Assembly (NCBI GenBank): GCA_964057225.1
Contig: CAXKVF010000079.1
Span: forward strand, 248,001-312,000
Length of the DNA stretch: 64,000 bases
DNA from: Auanema rhodensis
Taxonomy: Eukaryota; Animalia; Nematoda
Direction of reading: 5' to 3'
The notes under the pieces were generated by a model. It was not told where the DNA came from. It ran no database searches and saw only the letters and a program-made list of their open reading frames with translations. The translations under genes and the position numbers were made by a program. This document shows, in pieces, positions 1 to 12,200 of this stretch. Positions within the stretch are counted from its first letter, which is position 1, and every line of letters begins with the position of its first letter.

Positions 1-176
1 TAACCATGTCTTTGAAATTTACGTCAACTTTAATTTATGCTAATTAAATGTACACGTGATGTGCACTTGGTATGTAACTCGCTTCACGTGAAAGATAAAG
101 AGATGCGGTTTTCAAAATTAGATTCCCCATGTCCATATTAGTTTAAAAACAAATTTTTATTGATATTGGTGCATGG
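1..176. repeat. Representative single monomer (phase is arbitrary)
   Basis: The first full 176-bp period. It carries the variants ACGTCAAC, AGTTTAAA and GGTGCATG relative to consensus. Confidence 0.95.
83..92. other. 10-bp perfect palindrome TTCACGTGAA (CACGTG E-box/G-box core), present in most monomers; a second CACGTG lies at 53-58
   Basis: Read directly from the sequence; protein binding is not demonstrated. Confidence 0.9.
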
Positions 177-184
177 TAACCATG
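172..184. other. 13-bp dyad CATGGT-A-ACCATG (contains a BstEII-type GGTNACC site), repeated in nearly every monomer
   Basis: CATGGT and ACCATG are reverse complements around a single central base. The first complete instance is given; no function is demonstrated. Confidence 0.9.
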
Positions 185-994
185 ACTTTGAAATTTACGT
201 GAACTTTAATTTATGCTAATTAAATGTACACGTGATGTGCACTTGGTATGTAACTCGCTTCACGTGAAAGATAAAGAGATGCGGTTTCCACAATTAGATT
301 CCCCATGTCCATATTAGTCTAAAAACAAATTTTTATTGATATTGGTTCATGGTAACCATGTCTTTGAATTTTACGTGAACTTTAATTTATGCTAATTAAA
401 TGTACACGTGATGTGCACTTGGTATGTAACTCGCTTCACGTGAAAGATAAAGAGATGCGGTTTTCAAAATTAGATTCCCCATGTCCATATTAGTCTAAAA
501 ACAAATTTTTATTGATATTGGTTCATGGTAACCATGTCTTTGAAATTTACGTGAACTTTAATTTATGCTAATTAAATGTACACGTGATGTGCACTTGGTA
601 TGTAACTTGCTTCACGTGAAGATAAAGAGATGCGGTTTTCAAAATTAGATTCCCCATGTCCATATTAGTCTAAAAACAAATTTTTATTGATATTGGTTCA
701 TGGTAACCATGACTTTGAAATTTACGTGAACTTTAATTTATGCTAATTAAATGTACACGTGATGTGCACTTGGTATGTAACTCGCTTCACGTGAAAGATA
801 AAGGGATGCGGTTTTCAAAATTAGATTCCCCATGTCCATATTAGTCTAAAAACAAATTTTTATTGATATTGGTTCATGGTAACCATGTCTTTGAAATTTA
901 CGTGAACTTTAATTTATGCTAATTAAATGTGCACGTGATGTGCACTTGGTATGTAACTCGCTTCACGTGAAAGATAAAGAGATGCGGTTTTCAA

Positions 995-3900
995 AATTAG
1001 ATTCCCCATGTCCATATTAGTCTAAAAACAAATTTTTATTGATATTGGTTCATGGTAACCATGTCTTTGAAATTTACGTGAACTTTAATTTATGCTAATT
1101 AAATGTACACGTGATGTGCACTTGGTATGTAACTCGCTTCACGTGAAAGATAAAGGGATGCGGTTTTCAAAATTAGATTCCCCATGTCCATATTAGTCTA
1201 AAAACAAATTTTTATTGATATTGGTTCATGGTAACCATGACTTTGAAATTTACGTGAACTTTAATTTATGCTAATTAAATGTACACGTGATGTGCACTTG
1301 GTATGTAACTCGCTTCACGTAAAAGATAAAGAGATGCGGTTTCCAAAATTAGATTCCCCATGTCCATATTAGTCCAAAAACAAATTTTTATTGATATTGG
1401 TTCATGGTAACCATGTCTTTGAAATTTACGTCAACTTTAATTTATGCTAATTAAATGTACACGTGATGTGCACTTGGTATGTAACTCGCTTCACGTGAAA
1501 GATAAAGAGATGCGGTTTTCAAAATTAGATTCCCCATGTCCATATTAGTTTAAAAACAAATTTTTATTGATATTGGTGCATGGTAACCATGACTTTGAAA
1601 TTTACGTGAACTTTAATTTATGCTAATTAAATGTACACGTGATGTGCACTTGGTATGTAACTCGCTTCACGTGAAAGATAAAGAGATGCGGTTTCCACAA
1701 TTAGATTCCCCATGTCCATATTAGTCTAAAAACAAATTTTTATTGATATTGGTTCATGGTAACCATGTCTTTGAAATTTACGTGAACTTTAATTTATGCT
1801 AATTAAATGTACACGTGATGTGCACTTGGTATGTAACTCGCTTCACGTGAAAGATAAAGAGATGCGGTTTTCAAAATTAGATTCCCCATGTCCATATTAG
1901 TTTTAAAAACAAATTTTTATTGATATTGGTTCATGGTAACCATGTCTTTGAAATTTACGTCAACTTTAATTTATGCTAATTAAATGTACACGTGATGTGC
2001 ACTTGGTATGTAACTCGCTTCACGTGAAAGATAAAGAGATGCGGTTTTCAAAATTAGATTCCCCATGTCCATATTAGTTTAAAAACAAATTTTTATTGAT
2101 ATTGGTGCATGGTAACCATGACTTTGAAATTTACGTGAACTTTAATTTATGCTAATTAAATGTACACGTGATGTGCACTTGGTATGTAACTCGCTTCACG
2201 TGAAAGATAAAGAGATGCGGTTTCCACAATTAGATTCCCCATGTCCATATTAGTCTAAAAACAAATTTTTATTGATATTGGTTCATGGTAACCATGTCTT
2301 TGAAATTTACGTGAACTTTAATTTATGCTAATTAAATGTACACGTGATGTGCACTTGGTATGTAACTCGCTTCACGTGAAAGATAAAGAGATGCGGTTTT
2401 CAAAATTAGATTCCCCATGTCCATATTAGTCTAAAAACAAATTTTTATTGATATTGGTTCATGGTAACCATGTCTTTGAAATTTACGTGAACTTTAATTT
2501 ATGCTAATTAAATGTACACGTGATGTGCACTTGGTATGTAACTTGCTTCACGTGAAGATAAAGAGATGCGGTTTTCAAAATTAGATTCCCCATGTCCATA
2601 TTAGTCTAAAAACAAATTTTTATTGATATTGGTTCATGGTAACCATGACTTTGAAATTTACGTGAACTTTAATTTATGCTAATTAAATGTACACGTGATG
2701 TGCACTTGGTATGTAACTCGCTTCACGTGAAAGATAAAGGGATACGGTTTTCAAAATTAGATTCCCCATGTCCATATTAGTCTAAAAACAAATTTTTATT
2801 GATATTGGTTCATGGTAACCATGTCTTTGAAATTTACGTGAACTTTAATTTATGCTAATTAAATGTGCACGTGATGTGCACTTGGTATGTAACTCGCTTC
2901 ACGTGAAAGATAAAGAGATGCGGTTTTCAAAATTAGATTCCCCATTTCCATATTAGTCTAAAAACAAATTTTTATTGATATTGGTTCATGGTAACCATGT
3001 CTTTGAAATTTACGTGAACTTTAATTTATGCTAATTAAATGTACACGTGATGTGCACTTGGTATGTAACTCGCTTCACGTGAAAGATAAAGAGATGCGGT
3101 TTTCAAAATTAGATTCCCCATGTCCATATTAGTTTGAAAACAAATTTTTATTGATATTGGTGCATGGTAACCATGACTTTGAAATTTACGTGAACTTTAA
3201 TTTATGCTAATTAAATGTACCCGTGATGTGCACTTGGTATGTAACTCGCTTCACGTAAAAGATAAAGAGATGCGGTTTCCAAAATTAGATTCCCCATGTC
3301 CATATTAGTCTAAAAACAAATTTTTATTGATATTGGTTCATGGTAACCATGTCTTTGAAATTTACGTGAACTTTAATTTATGCTAATTAAATGTACACGT
3401 GATGTGCACTTGGTATGTAACTCGCTTCACGTGAAAGATAAAGAGATGCGGTTTTCAAAATTAGATTCCCCATGTCCATATTAGTCTAAAAACAAATTTT
3501 TATTGATATTGGTGCATGGTAACCATGACTTTGAAATTTACGTGAACTTTAATTCATGCTAATTAAATGTACACGTGATGTGCACTTGGTATGTAACTCG
3601 CTTCACGTAAAAGATAAAGAGATGCGGTTTCAAAATTAGATTCCCCATGTCCATATTAGTCTAAAAACAAATTTTTATTGATATTGGTTCATGGTAACCA
3701 TGTCTTTGAAATTTACGTGAACTTTAATTTATGCTAATTAAATGTACACGTGATGTGCACTTGGTATGTAACTCGCTTCACGTGAAAGATAAAGGGATGC
3801 GGTTTTCAAAATTAGATTCCCCATGTCCATATTAGTCTAAAAACAAATTTTTATTGATATTGGTTCATGGTAACCATGACTTTGAAATTTACGTGAACTT

Positions 3901-6091
3901 TAATTTATGCTAATTAAATGTACACGTGATGTGCACTTGGTATGTAACTCGCTTCACGTAAAAGATAAAGAGATGCGGTTTCCAAAATTAGATTCCCCAT
4001 GTCCATATTAGTCCAAAAACAAATTTTTATTGATATTGGTTCATGGTAACCATGTCTTTGAAATTTACGTCAACTTTAATTTATGCTAATTAAATGTACA
4101 CGTGATGTGCACTTGGTATGTAACTCGCTTCACGTGAAAGATAAAGAGATGCGGTTTTCAAAATTAGATTCCCCATGTCCATATTAGTTTAAAAACAAAT
4201 TTTTATTGATATTGGTGCATGGTAACCATGACTTTGAAATTTACGTGAACTTTAATTTATGCTAATTAAATGTACACGTGATGTGCACTTGGTATGTAAC
4301 TCGCTTCACGTGAAAGATAAAGAGATGCGGTTTCCACAATTAGATTCCCCATGTCCATATTAGTCTAAAAACAAATTTTTATTGATATTGGTTCATGGTA
4401 ACCATGTCTTTGAAATTTACGTGAACTTTAATTTATGCTAATTAAATGTACACGTGATGTGCACTTGGTATGTAACTCGCTTCACGTGAAAGATAAAGAG
4501 ATGCGGTTTTCAAAATTAGATTCCCCATGTCCATATTAGTTTTAAAAACAAATTTTTATTGATATTGGTTCATGGTAACCATGTCTTTGAAATTTACGTC
4601 AACTTTAATTTATGCTAATTAAATGTACACGTGATGTGCACTTGGTATGTAACTCGCTTCACGTGAAAGATAAAGAGATGCGGTTTTCAAAATTAGATTC
4701 CCCATGTCCATATTAGTTTAAAAACAAATTTTTATTGATATTGGTGCATGGTAACCATGACTTTGAAATTTACGTGAACTTTAATTTATGCTAATTAAAT
4801 GTACACGTGATGTGCACTTGGTATGTAACTCGCTTCACGTGAAAGATAAAGAGATGCGGTTTCCACAATTAGATTCCCCATGTCCATATTAGTCTAAAAA
4901 CAAATTTTTATTGATATTGGTTCATGGTAACCATGTCTTTGAAATTTACGTGAACTTTAATTTATGCTAATTAAATGTACACGTGATGTGCACTTGGTAT
5001 GTAACTCGCTTCACGTGAAAGATAAAGAGATGCGGTTTTCAAAATTAGATTCCCCATGTCCATATTAGTCTAAAAACAAATTTTTATTGATATTGGTTCA
5101 TGGTAACCATGTCTTTGAAATTTACGTGAACTTTAATTTATGCTAATTAAATGTACACGTGATGTGCACTTGGTATGTAACTTGCTTCACGTGAAGATAA
5201 AGAGATGCGGTTTTCAAAATTAGATTCCCCATGTCCATATTAGTCTAAAAACAAATTTTTATTGATATTGGTTCATGGTAACCATGACTTTGAAATTTAC
5301 GTGAACTTTAATTTATGCTAATTAAATGTACACGTGATGTGCACTTGGTATGTAACTCGCTTCACGTGAAAGATAAAGGGATACGGTTTTCAAAATTAGA
5401 TTCCCCATGTCCATATTAGTCTAAAAACAAATTTTTATTGATATTGGTTCATGGTAACCATGTCTTTGAAATTTACGTGAACTTTAATTTATGCTAATTA
5501 AATGTGCACGTGATGTGCACTTGGTATGTAACTCGCTTCACGTGAAAGATAAAGAGATGCGGTTTTCAAAATTAGATTCCCCATTTCCATATTAGTCTAA
5601 AAACAAATTTTTATTGATATTGGTTCATGGTAACCATGTCTTTGAAATTTACGTGAACTTTAATTTATGCTAATTAAATGTACACGTGATGTGCACTTGG
5701 TATGTAACTCGCTTCACGTGAAAGATAAAGAGATGCGGTTTTCAAAATTAGATTCCCCATGTCCATATTAGTTTGAAAACAAATTTTTATTGATATTGGT
5801 GCATGGTAACCATGACTTTGAAATTTACGTGAACTTTAATTTATGCTAATTAAATGTACCCGTGATGTGCACTTGGTATGTAACTCGCTTCACGTAAAAG
5901 ATAAAGAGATGCGGTTTCCAAAATTAGATTCCCCATGTCCATATTAGTCTAAAAACAAATTTTTATTGATATTGGTTCATGGTAACCATGTCTTTGAAAT
6001 TTACGTGAACTTTAATTTATGCTAATTAAATGTACACGTGATGTGCACTTGGTATGTAACTCGCTTCACGTGAAAGATAAAGAGATGCGGT
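995..6091. repeat. Block duplication, offset 2639 bp (15 monomers -1): about 995-3452 vs about 3634-6091
   Basis: Shared rare variants at a constant offset: GTCCAAAA 1372/4011, 1-bp insertion AGTTTTAAAA 1901/4540, GGGATACGG about 2744/5383, CCCATTTCC about 2946/5585, GTTTGAAA about 3136/5775. Confidence 0.85.
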
Positions 6092-7150
6092 TTCCACAAT
6101 TAGATTCCCCATGTCCATATTAGTCTAAAAACAAATTTTTATTGATATTGGTTCATGGTAACCATGTCTTTGAAATTTACGTGAACTTTAATTTATGCTA
6201 ATTAAATGTACACGTGATGTGCACTTGGTATGTAACTTGCTTCACGTGAAGATAAAGAGATGCGGTTTTCAAAATTAGATTCCCCATGTCCATATTAGTC
6301 TAAAAACAAATTTTTATTGATATTGGTTCATGGTAACCATGACTTTGAAATTTACGTGAACTTTAATTTATGCTAATTAAATGTACACGTGATGTGCACT
6401 TGGTATGTAACTCGCTTCACGTGAAAGATAAAGGGATACGGTTTTCAAAATTAGATTCCCCATGTCCATATTAGTCTAAAAACAAATTTTTATTGATATT
6501 GGTTCATGGTAACCATGTCTTTGAAATTTACGTGAACTTTAATTTATGCTAATTAAATGTGCACGTGATGTGCACTTGGTATGTAACTCGCTTCACGTGA
6601 AAGATAAAGAGATGCGGTTTTCAAAATTAGATTCCCCATTTCCATATTAGTCTAAAAACAAATTTTTATTGATATTGGTTCATGGTAACCATGTCTTTGA
6701 AATTTACGTGAACTTTAATTTATGCTAATTAAATGTACACGTGATGTGCACTTGGTATGTAACTCGCTTCACGTGAAAGATAAAGAGATGCGGTTTTCAA
6801 AATTAGATTCCCCATGTCCATATTAGTTTGAAAACAAATTTTTATTGATATTGGTGCATGGTAACCATGACTTTGAAATTTACGTGAACTTTAATTTATG
6901 CTAATTAAATGTACCCGTGATGTGCACTTGGTATGTAACTCGCTTCACGTAAAAGATAAAGAGATGCGGTTTCCAAAATTAGATTCCCCATGTCCATATT
7001 AGTCTAAAAACAAATTTTTATTGATATTGGTTCATGGTAACCATGTCTTTGAAATTTACGTGAACTTTAATTTATGCTAATTAAATGTACACGTGATGTG
7101 CACTTGGTATGTAACTCGCTTCACGTGAAAGATAAAGAGATGCGGTTTCC
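5050..7150. repeat. Tandem 6-monomer duplication, offset 1055 bp
   Basis: The deletion monomer (about 5181/6237) and the GGGATACG, GTGCACGTG, CCCATTT, GTTTGAAA and GTACCCGT variants recur in the same order 1055 bp later. Confidence 0.8.
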
Positions 7151-9299
7151 ACAATTAGATTCCCCATGTCCATATTAGTCTAAAAACAAATTTTTATTGA
7201 TATTGGTTCATGGTAACCATGTCTTTGAAATTTACGTGAACTTTAATTTATGCTAATTAAATGTACACGTGATGTGCACTTGGTATGTAACTCGCTTCAC
7301 GTGAAAGATAAAGGGATGCGGTTTTCAAAATTAGATTCCCCATGTACATATTAGTCTAAAAACAAATTTTTATTGATATTGGTTCATGGTAACCATGTCT
7401 TTGAAATTTACGTGAACTTTAATTTATGCTAATTAAATGTACACGTGATGTGCACTTGGTATGTAACTCGCTTCACGTGAAAGATAAAGAGATGCGGTTT
7501 TCAAAATTAGATTCCCCATGTCCATATTAGTCTAAAAACAAATTTTTATTGATATTGGTTCATGGTAACCATGTCTTTGAAATTTACGTGAACTTTAATT
7601 TATGCTAATTAAATGTACACGTGATGTGCACTTGGTATGTAACTCGCTTCACGTGAAAGATAAAGAGATGCGGTTTTCAAAATTAGATTCCCCATGTCCA
7701 TATTAGTTAAAAAACAAATTTTTATTGATATTGGTGCATGGTAACCATGACTTTGAAATTTACGTGAACTTTAATTTATGCTAATTAAATGTACCCGTGA
7801 TGTGCACTTGGTATGTAACTCGCTTCACGTAAAAGATAAAGAGATGCGGTTTCCAAAATTAGATTCCCCATGTCCATATTAGTCTAAAAACAAATTTTTA
7901 TTGATATTGGTTCATGGTAACCATGTCTTTGAAATTTACGTGAACTTTAATTTATGCTAATTAAATGTACACGTGATGTGCACTTGGTATGTAACTCGCT
8001 TCACGTGAAAGATAAAGAGATGCGGTTTCCACAATTAGATTCCCCATGTCCATATTAGTCTAAAAACAAATTTTTATTGATATTGGTTCATGGTAACCAT
8101 GTCTTTGAAATTTACGTGAACTTTAATTTATGCTAATTAAATGTACACGTGATGTGCACTTGGTATGTAACTCGCTTCACGTGAAAGATAAAGAGATGCG
8201 GTTTTCAAAATTAGATTCCTCATGTCCATATTAGTCTAAAAACAAATTTTTATTGATATTGGTTCATGGTAACCATGTCTTTGAAATTTACGTGAACTTT
8301 AATTTATGCTAATTAAATGTGCACGTGATGTGCACTTGGTATGTAACTCGCTTCACGTGAAAGATAAAGAGATGCGGTTTTCAAAATTAGATTCCCCATT
8401 TCCATATTAGTCTAAAAACAAATTTTTATTGATATTGGTTCATGGTAACCATGTCTTTGAAATTTACGTGAACTTTAATTTATGCTAATTAAATGTACAC
8501 GTGATGTGCACTTGGTATGTAACTCGCTTCACGTGAAAGATAAAGAGATGCGGTTTTCAAAATTAGATTCCCCATGTCCATATTAGTTTAAAAACAAATT
8601 TTTATTGATATTGGTGCATGGTAACCATGACTTTGAAATTTACGTGAACTTTAATTTATGCTAATTAAATGTACCCGTGATGTGCACTTGGTATGTAACT
8701 CGCTTCACGTAAAAGATAAAGAGATGCGGTTTCCAAAATTAGATTCCCCATGTCCATATTAGTCTAAAAACAAATTTTTATTGATATTGGTTCATGGTAA
8801 CCATGTCTTTGAAATTTACGTGAACTTTAATTTATGCTAATTAAATGTACACGTGATGTGCACTTGGTATGTAACTCGCTTCACGTGAAAGATAAAGAGA
8901 TGCGGTTTCCACAATTAGATTCCCCATGTCCATATTAGTCTAAAAACAAATTTTTATTGATATTGGTTCATGGTAACCATGTCTTTGAAATTTACGTGAA
9001 CTTTAATTTATGCTAATTAAATGTACACGTGATGTGCACTTGGTATGTAACTCGCTTCACGTGAAAGATAAAGGGATGCGGTTTTCAAAATTAGATTCCC
9101 CATGTACATATTAGTCTAAAAACAAATTTTTATTGATATTGGTTCATGGTAACCATGTCTTTGAAATTTACGTGAACTTTAATTTATGCTAATTAAATGT
9201 ACACGTGATGTGCACTTGGTATGTAACTCGCTTCACGTGAAAGATAAAGAGATGCGGTTTTCAAAATTAGATTCCCCATGTCCATATTAGTCTAAAAAC

Positions 9300-12200
9300 A
9301 AATTTTTATTGATATTGGTTCATGGTAACCATGTCTTTGAAATTTACGTGAACTTTAATTTATGCTAATTAAATGTACACGTGATGTGCACTTGGTATGT
9401 AACTCGCTTCACGTGAAAGATAAAGAGATGCGGTTTTCAAAATTAGATTCCCCATGTCCATATTAGTTTAAAAACAAATTTTTATTGATATTGGTGCATG
9501 GTAACCATGACTTTGAAATTTACGTGAACTTTAATTTATGCTAATTAAATGTACCCGTGATGTGCACTTGGTATGTAACTCGCTTCACGTAAAAGATAAA
9601 GAGATGCGGTTTCCAAAATTAGATTCCCCATGTCCATATTAGTCTAAAAACAAATTTTTATTGATATTGGTTCATGGTAACCATGTCTTTGAAATTTACG
9701 TGAACTTTAATTTATGCTAATTAAATGTACACGTGATGTGCACTTGGTATGTAACTCGCTTCACGTGAAAGATAAAGAGATGCGGTTTCCACAATTAGAT
9801 TCCCCATGTCCATATTAGTCTAAAAACAAATTTTTATTGATATTGGTTCATGGTAACCATGTCTTTGAAATTTACGTGAACTTTAATTTATGCTAATTAA
9901 ATGTACACGTGATGTGCACTTGGTATGTAACTCGCTTCACGTGAAAGATAAAGAGATGCGGTTTTCAAAATTAGATTCCCCATGTCCATATTAGTCTAAA
10001 AACAAATTTTTATTGATATTGGTTCATGGTAACCATGTCTTTGAAATTTACGTGAACTTTAATTTATGCTAATTAAATGTACACGTGATGTGCACTTGGT
10101 ATGTAACTTGCTTCACGTGAAGATAAAGAGATGCGGTTTTCAAAATTAGATTCCCCATGTCCATATTAGTCTAAAAACAAATTTTTATTGATATTGGTTC
10201 ATGGTAACCATGTCTTTGAAATTTACGTGAACTTTAATTTATGCTAATTAAATGTACACGTGATGTGCACTTGGTATGTAACTCGCTTCACGTGAAAGAT
10301 AAAGAGATGCGGTTTTCAAAATTAGATTCCCCATGTCCATATTAGTCTAAAAACAAATTTTTATTGATATTGGTTCATGGTAACCATGTCTTTGAAATTT
10401 ACGTGAACTTTAATTTATGCTAATTAAATGTACACGTGATGTGCACTTGGTATGTAACTCGCTTCACGTGAAAGATAAAGAGATGCGGTTTTCAAAATTA
10501 GATTCCCCATGTCCATATTAGTTTAAAAACAAATTTTTATTGATATTGGTGCATGGTAACCATGACTTTGAAATTTACGTGAACTTTAATTTATGCTAAT
10601 TAAATGTACCCGTGATGTGCACTTGGTATGTAACTCGCTTCACGTAAAAGATAAAGAGATGCGGTTTCCAAAATTAGATTCCCCATGTCCATATTAGTCT
10701 AAAAACAAATTTTTATTGATATTGGTTCATGGTAACCATGTCTTTGAAATTTACGTGAACTTTAATTTATGCTAATTAAATGTACACGTGATGTGCACTT
10801 GGTATGTAACTCGCTTCACGTGAAAGATAAAGAGATGCGGTTTCCACAATTAGATTCCCCATGTCCATATTAGTCTAAAAACAAATTTTTATTGATATTG
10901 GTTCATGGTAACCATGTCTTTGAAATTTACGTGAACTTTAATTTATGCTAATTAAATGTACACGTGATGTGCACTTGGTATGTAACTCGCTTCACGTGAA
11001 AGATAAAGAGATGCGGTTTTCAAAATTAGATTCCCCATGTCCATATTAGTCTAAAAACAAATTTTTATTGATATTGGTTCATGGTAACCATGTCTTTGAA
11101 ATTTACGTGAACTTTAATTTATGCTAATTAAATGTACACGTGATGTGCACTTGGTATGTAACTTGCTTCACGTGAAGATAAAGAGATGCGGTTTTCAAAA
11201 TTAGATTCCCCATGTCCATATTAGTCTAAAAACAAATTTTTATTGATATTGGTTCATGGTAACCATGACTTTGAAATTTACGTGAACTTTAATTTATGCT
11301 AATTAAATGTACACGTGATGTGCACTTGGTATGTAACTCGCTTCACGTGAAAGATAAAGGGATGCGGTTTTCAAAATTAGATTCCCCACGTCCATATTAG
11401 TCTAAAAACAAATTTTTATTGATATTGGTTCATGGTAACCATGTCTTTGAAATTTACGTGAACTTTAATTTATGCTAATTAAATGTACACGTGATGTGCA
11501 CTTGGTATGTAACTCGCTTCACGTGAAAGATAAAGAGATGCGGTTTTCAAAATTAGATTCCCCATGTCCATATTAGTCTAAAAACAAATTTTTATTGATA
11601 TTGGTTCATGGTAACCATGTCTTTGAAATTTACGTGAACTTTAATTTATGCTAATTAAATGTACACGTGATGTGCACTTGGTATGTAACTCGCTTCACGT
11701 GAAAGATAAAGAGATGCGGTTTTCAAAATTAGATTCCCCATGTCCATATTAGTCTAAAAACAAATTTTTATCGATATTGGTTCATGGTAACCATGTCTTT
11801 GAAATTTACGTGAACTTTAATTTATGCTAATTAAATGTACACGTGATGTGCACTTGGTATGTAACTCGCTTCACGTGAAAGATAAAGAGATGCGGTTTGC
11901 AAAATTAGATTCCCCATGTCCATATTAGTCTAAAAACAAATTTTTATTGATATTGGTTCATGGTAACCATGTCTTTGAAATTTACGTGAACTTTAATTTA
12001 TGCTAATTAAATGTACACGTGATGTGCACTTGGTATGTAACTCGCTTCACGTGAAAGATAAAGAGATGCGGTTTGCAAAATTAGATTCCCCATGTCCATA
12101 TTAGTCTAAAAACAAATTTTTATTGATATTGGTTCATGGTAACCATGTCTTTGAAATTTACGTGAACTTTAATTTATGCTAATTAAATGTACACGTGATG

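Noticed and set aside
1-176. Canonical CENP-B box (NTTCGNNNNANNCGGGN), or identity with alpha satellite, Arabidopsis CEN178 or Brassica CentBr
   Set aside because: The consensus has no TTCG...CGGG motif on either strand. Only the monomer length is similar; the sequence does not resemble these families as I recall them. A BLAST search is needed to name the family.
1-176. Tandem RNA gene array (5S rRNA, tRNA, snRNA, spliced leader) or telomeric repeat
   Set aside because: I see no recognisable 5S or tRNA sequence, Pol III A/B/C boxes, cloverleaf or telomeric motif. An Infernal/Rfam scan of a dimer would settle it.
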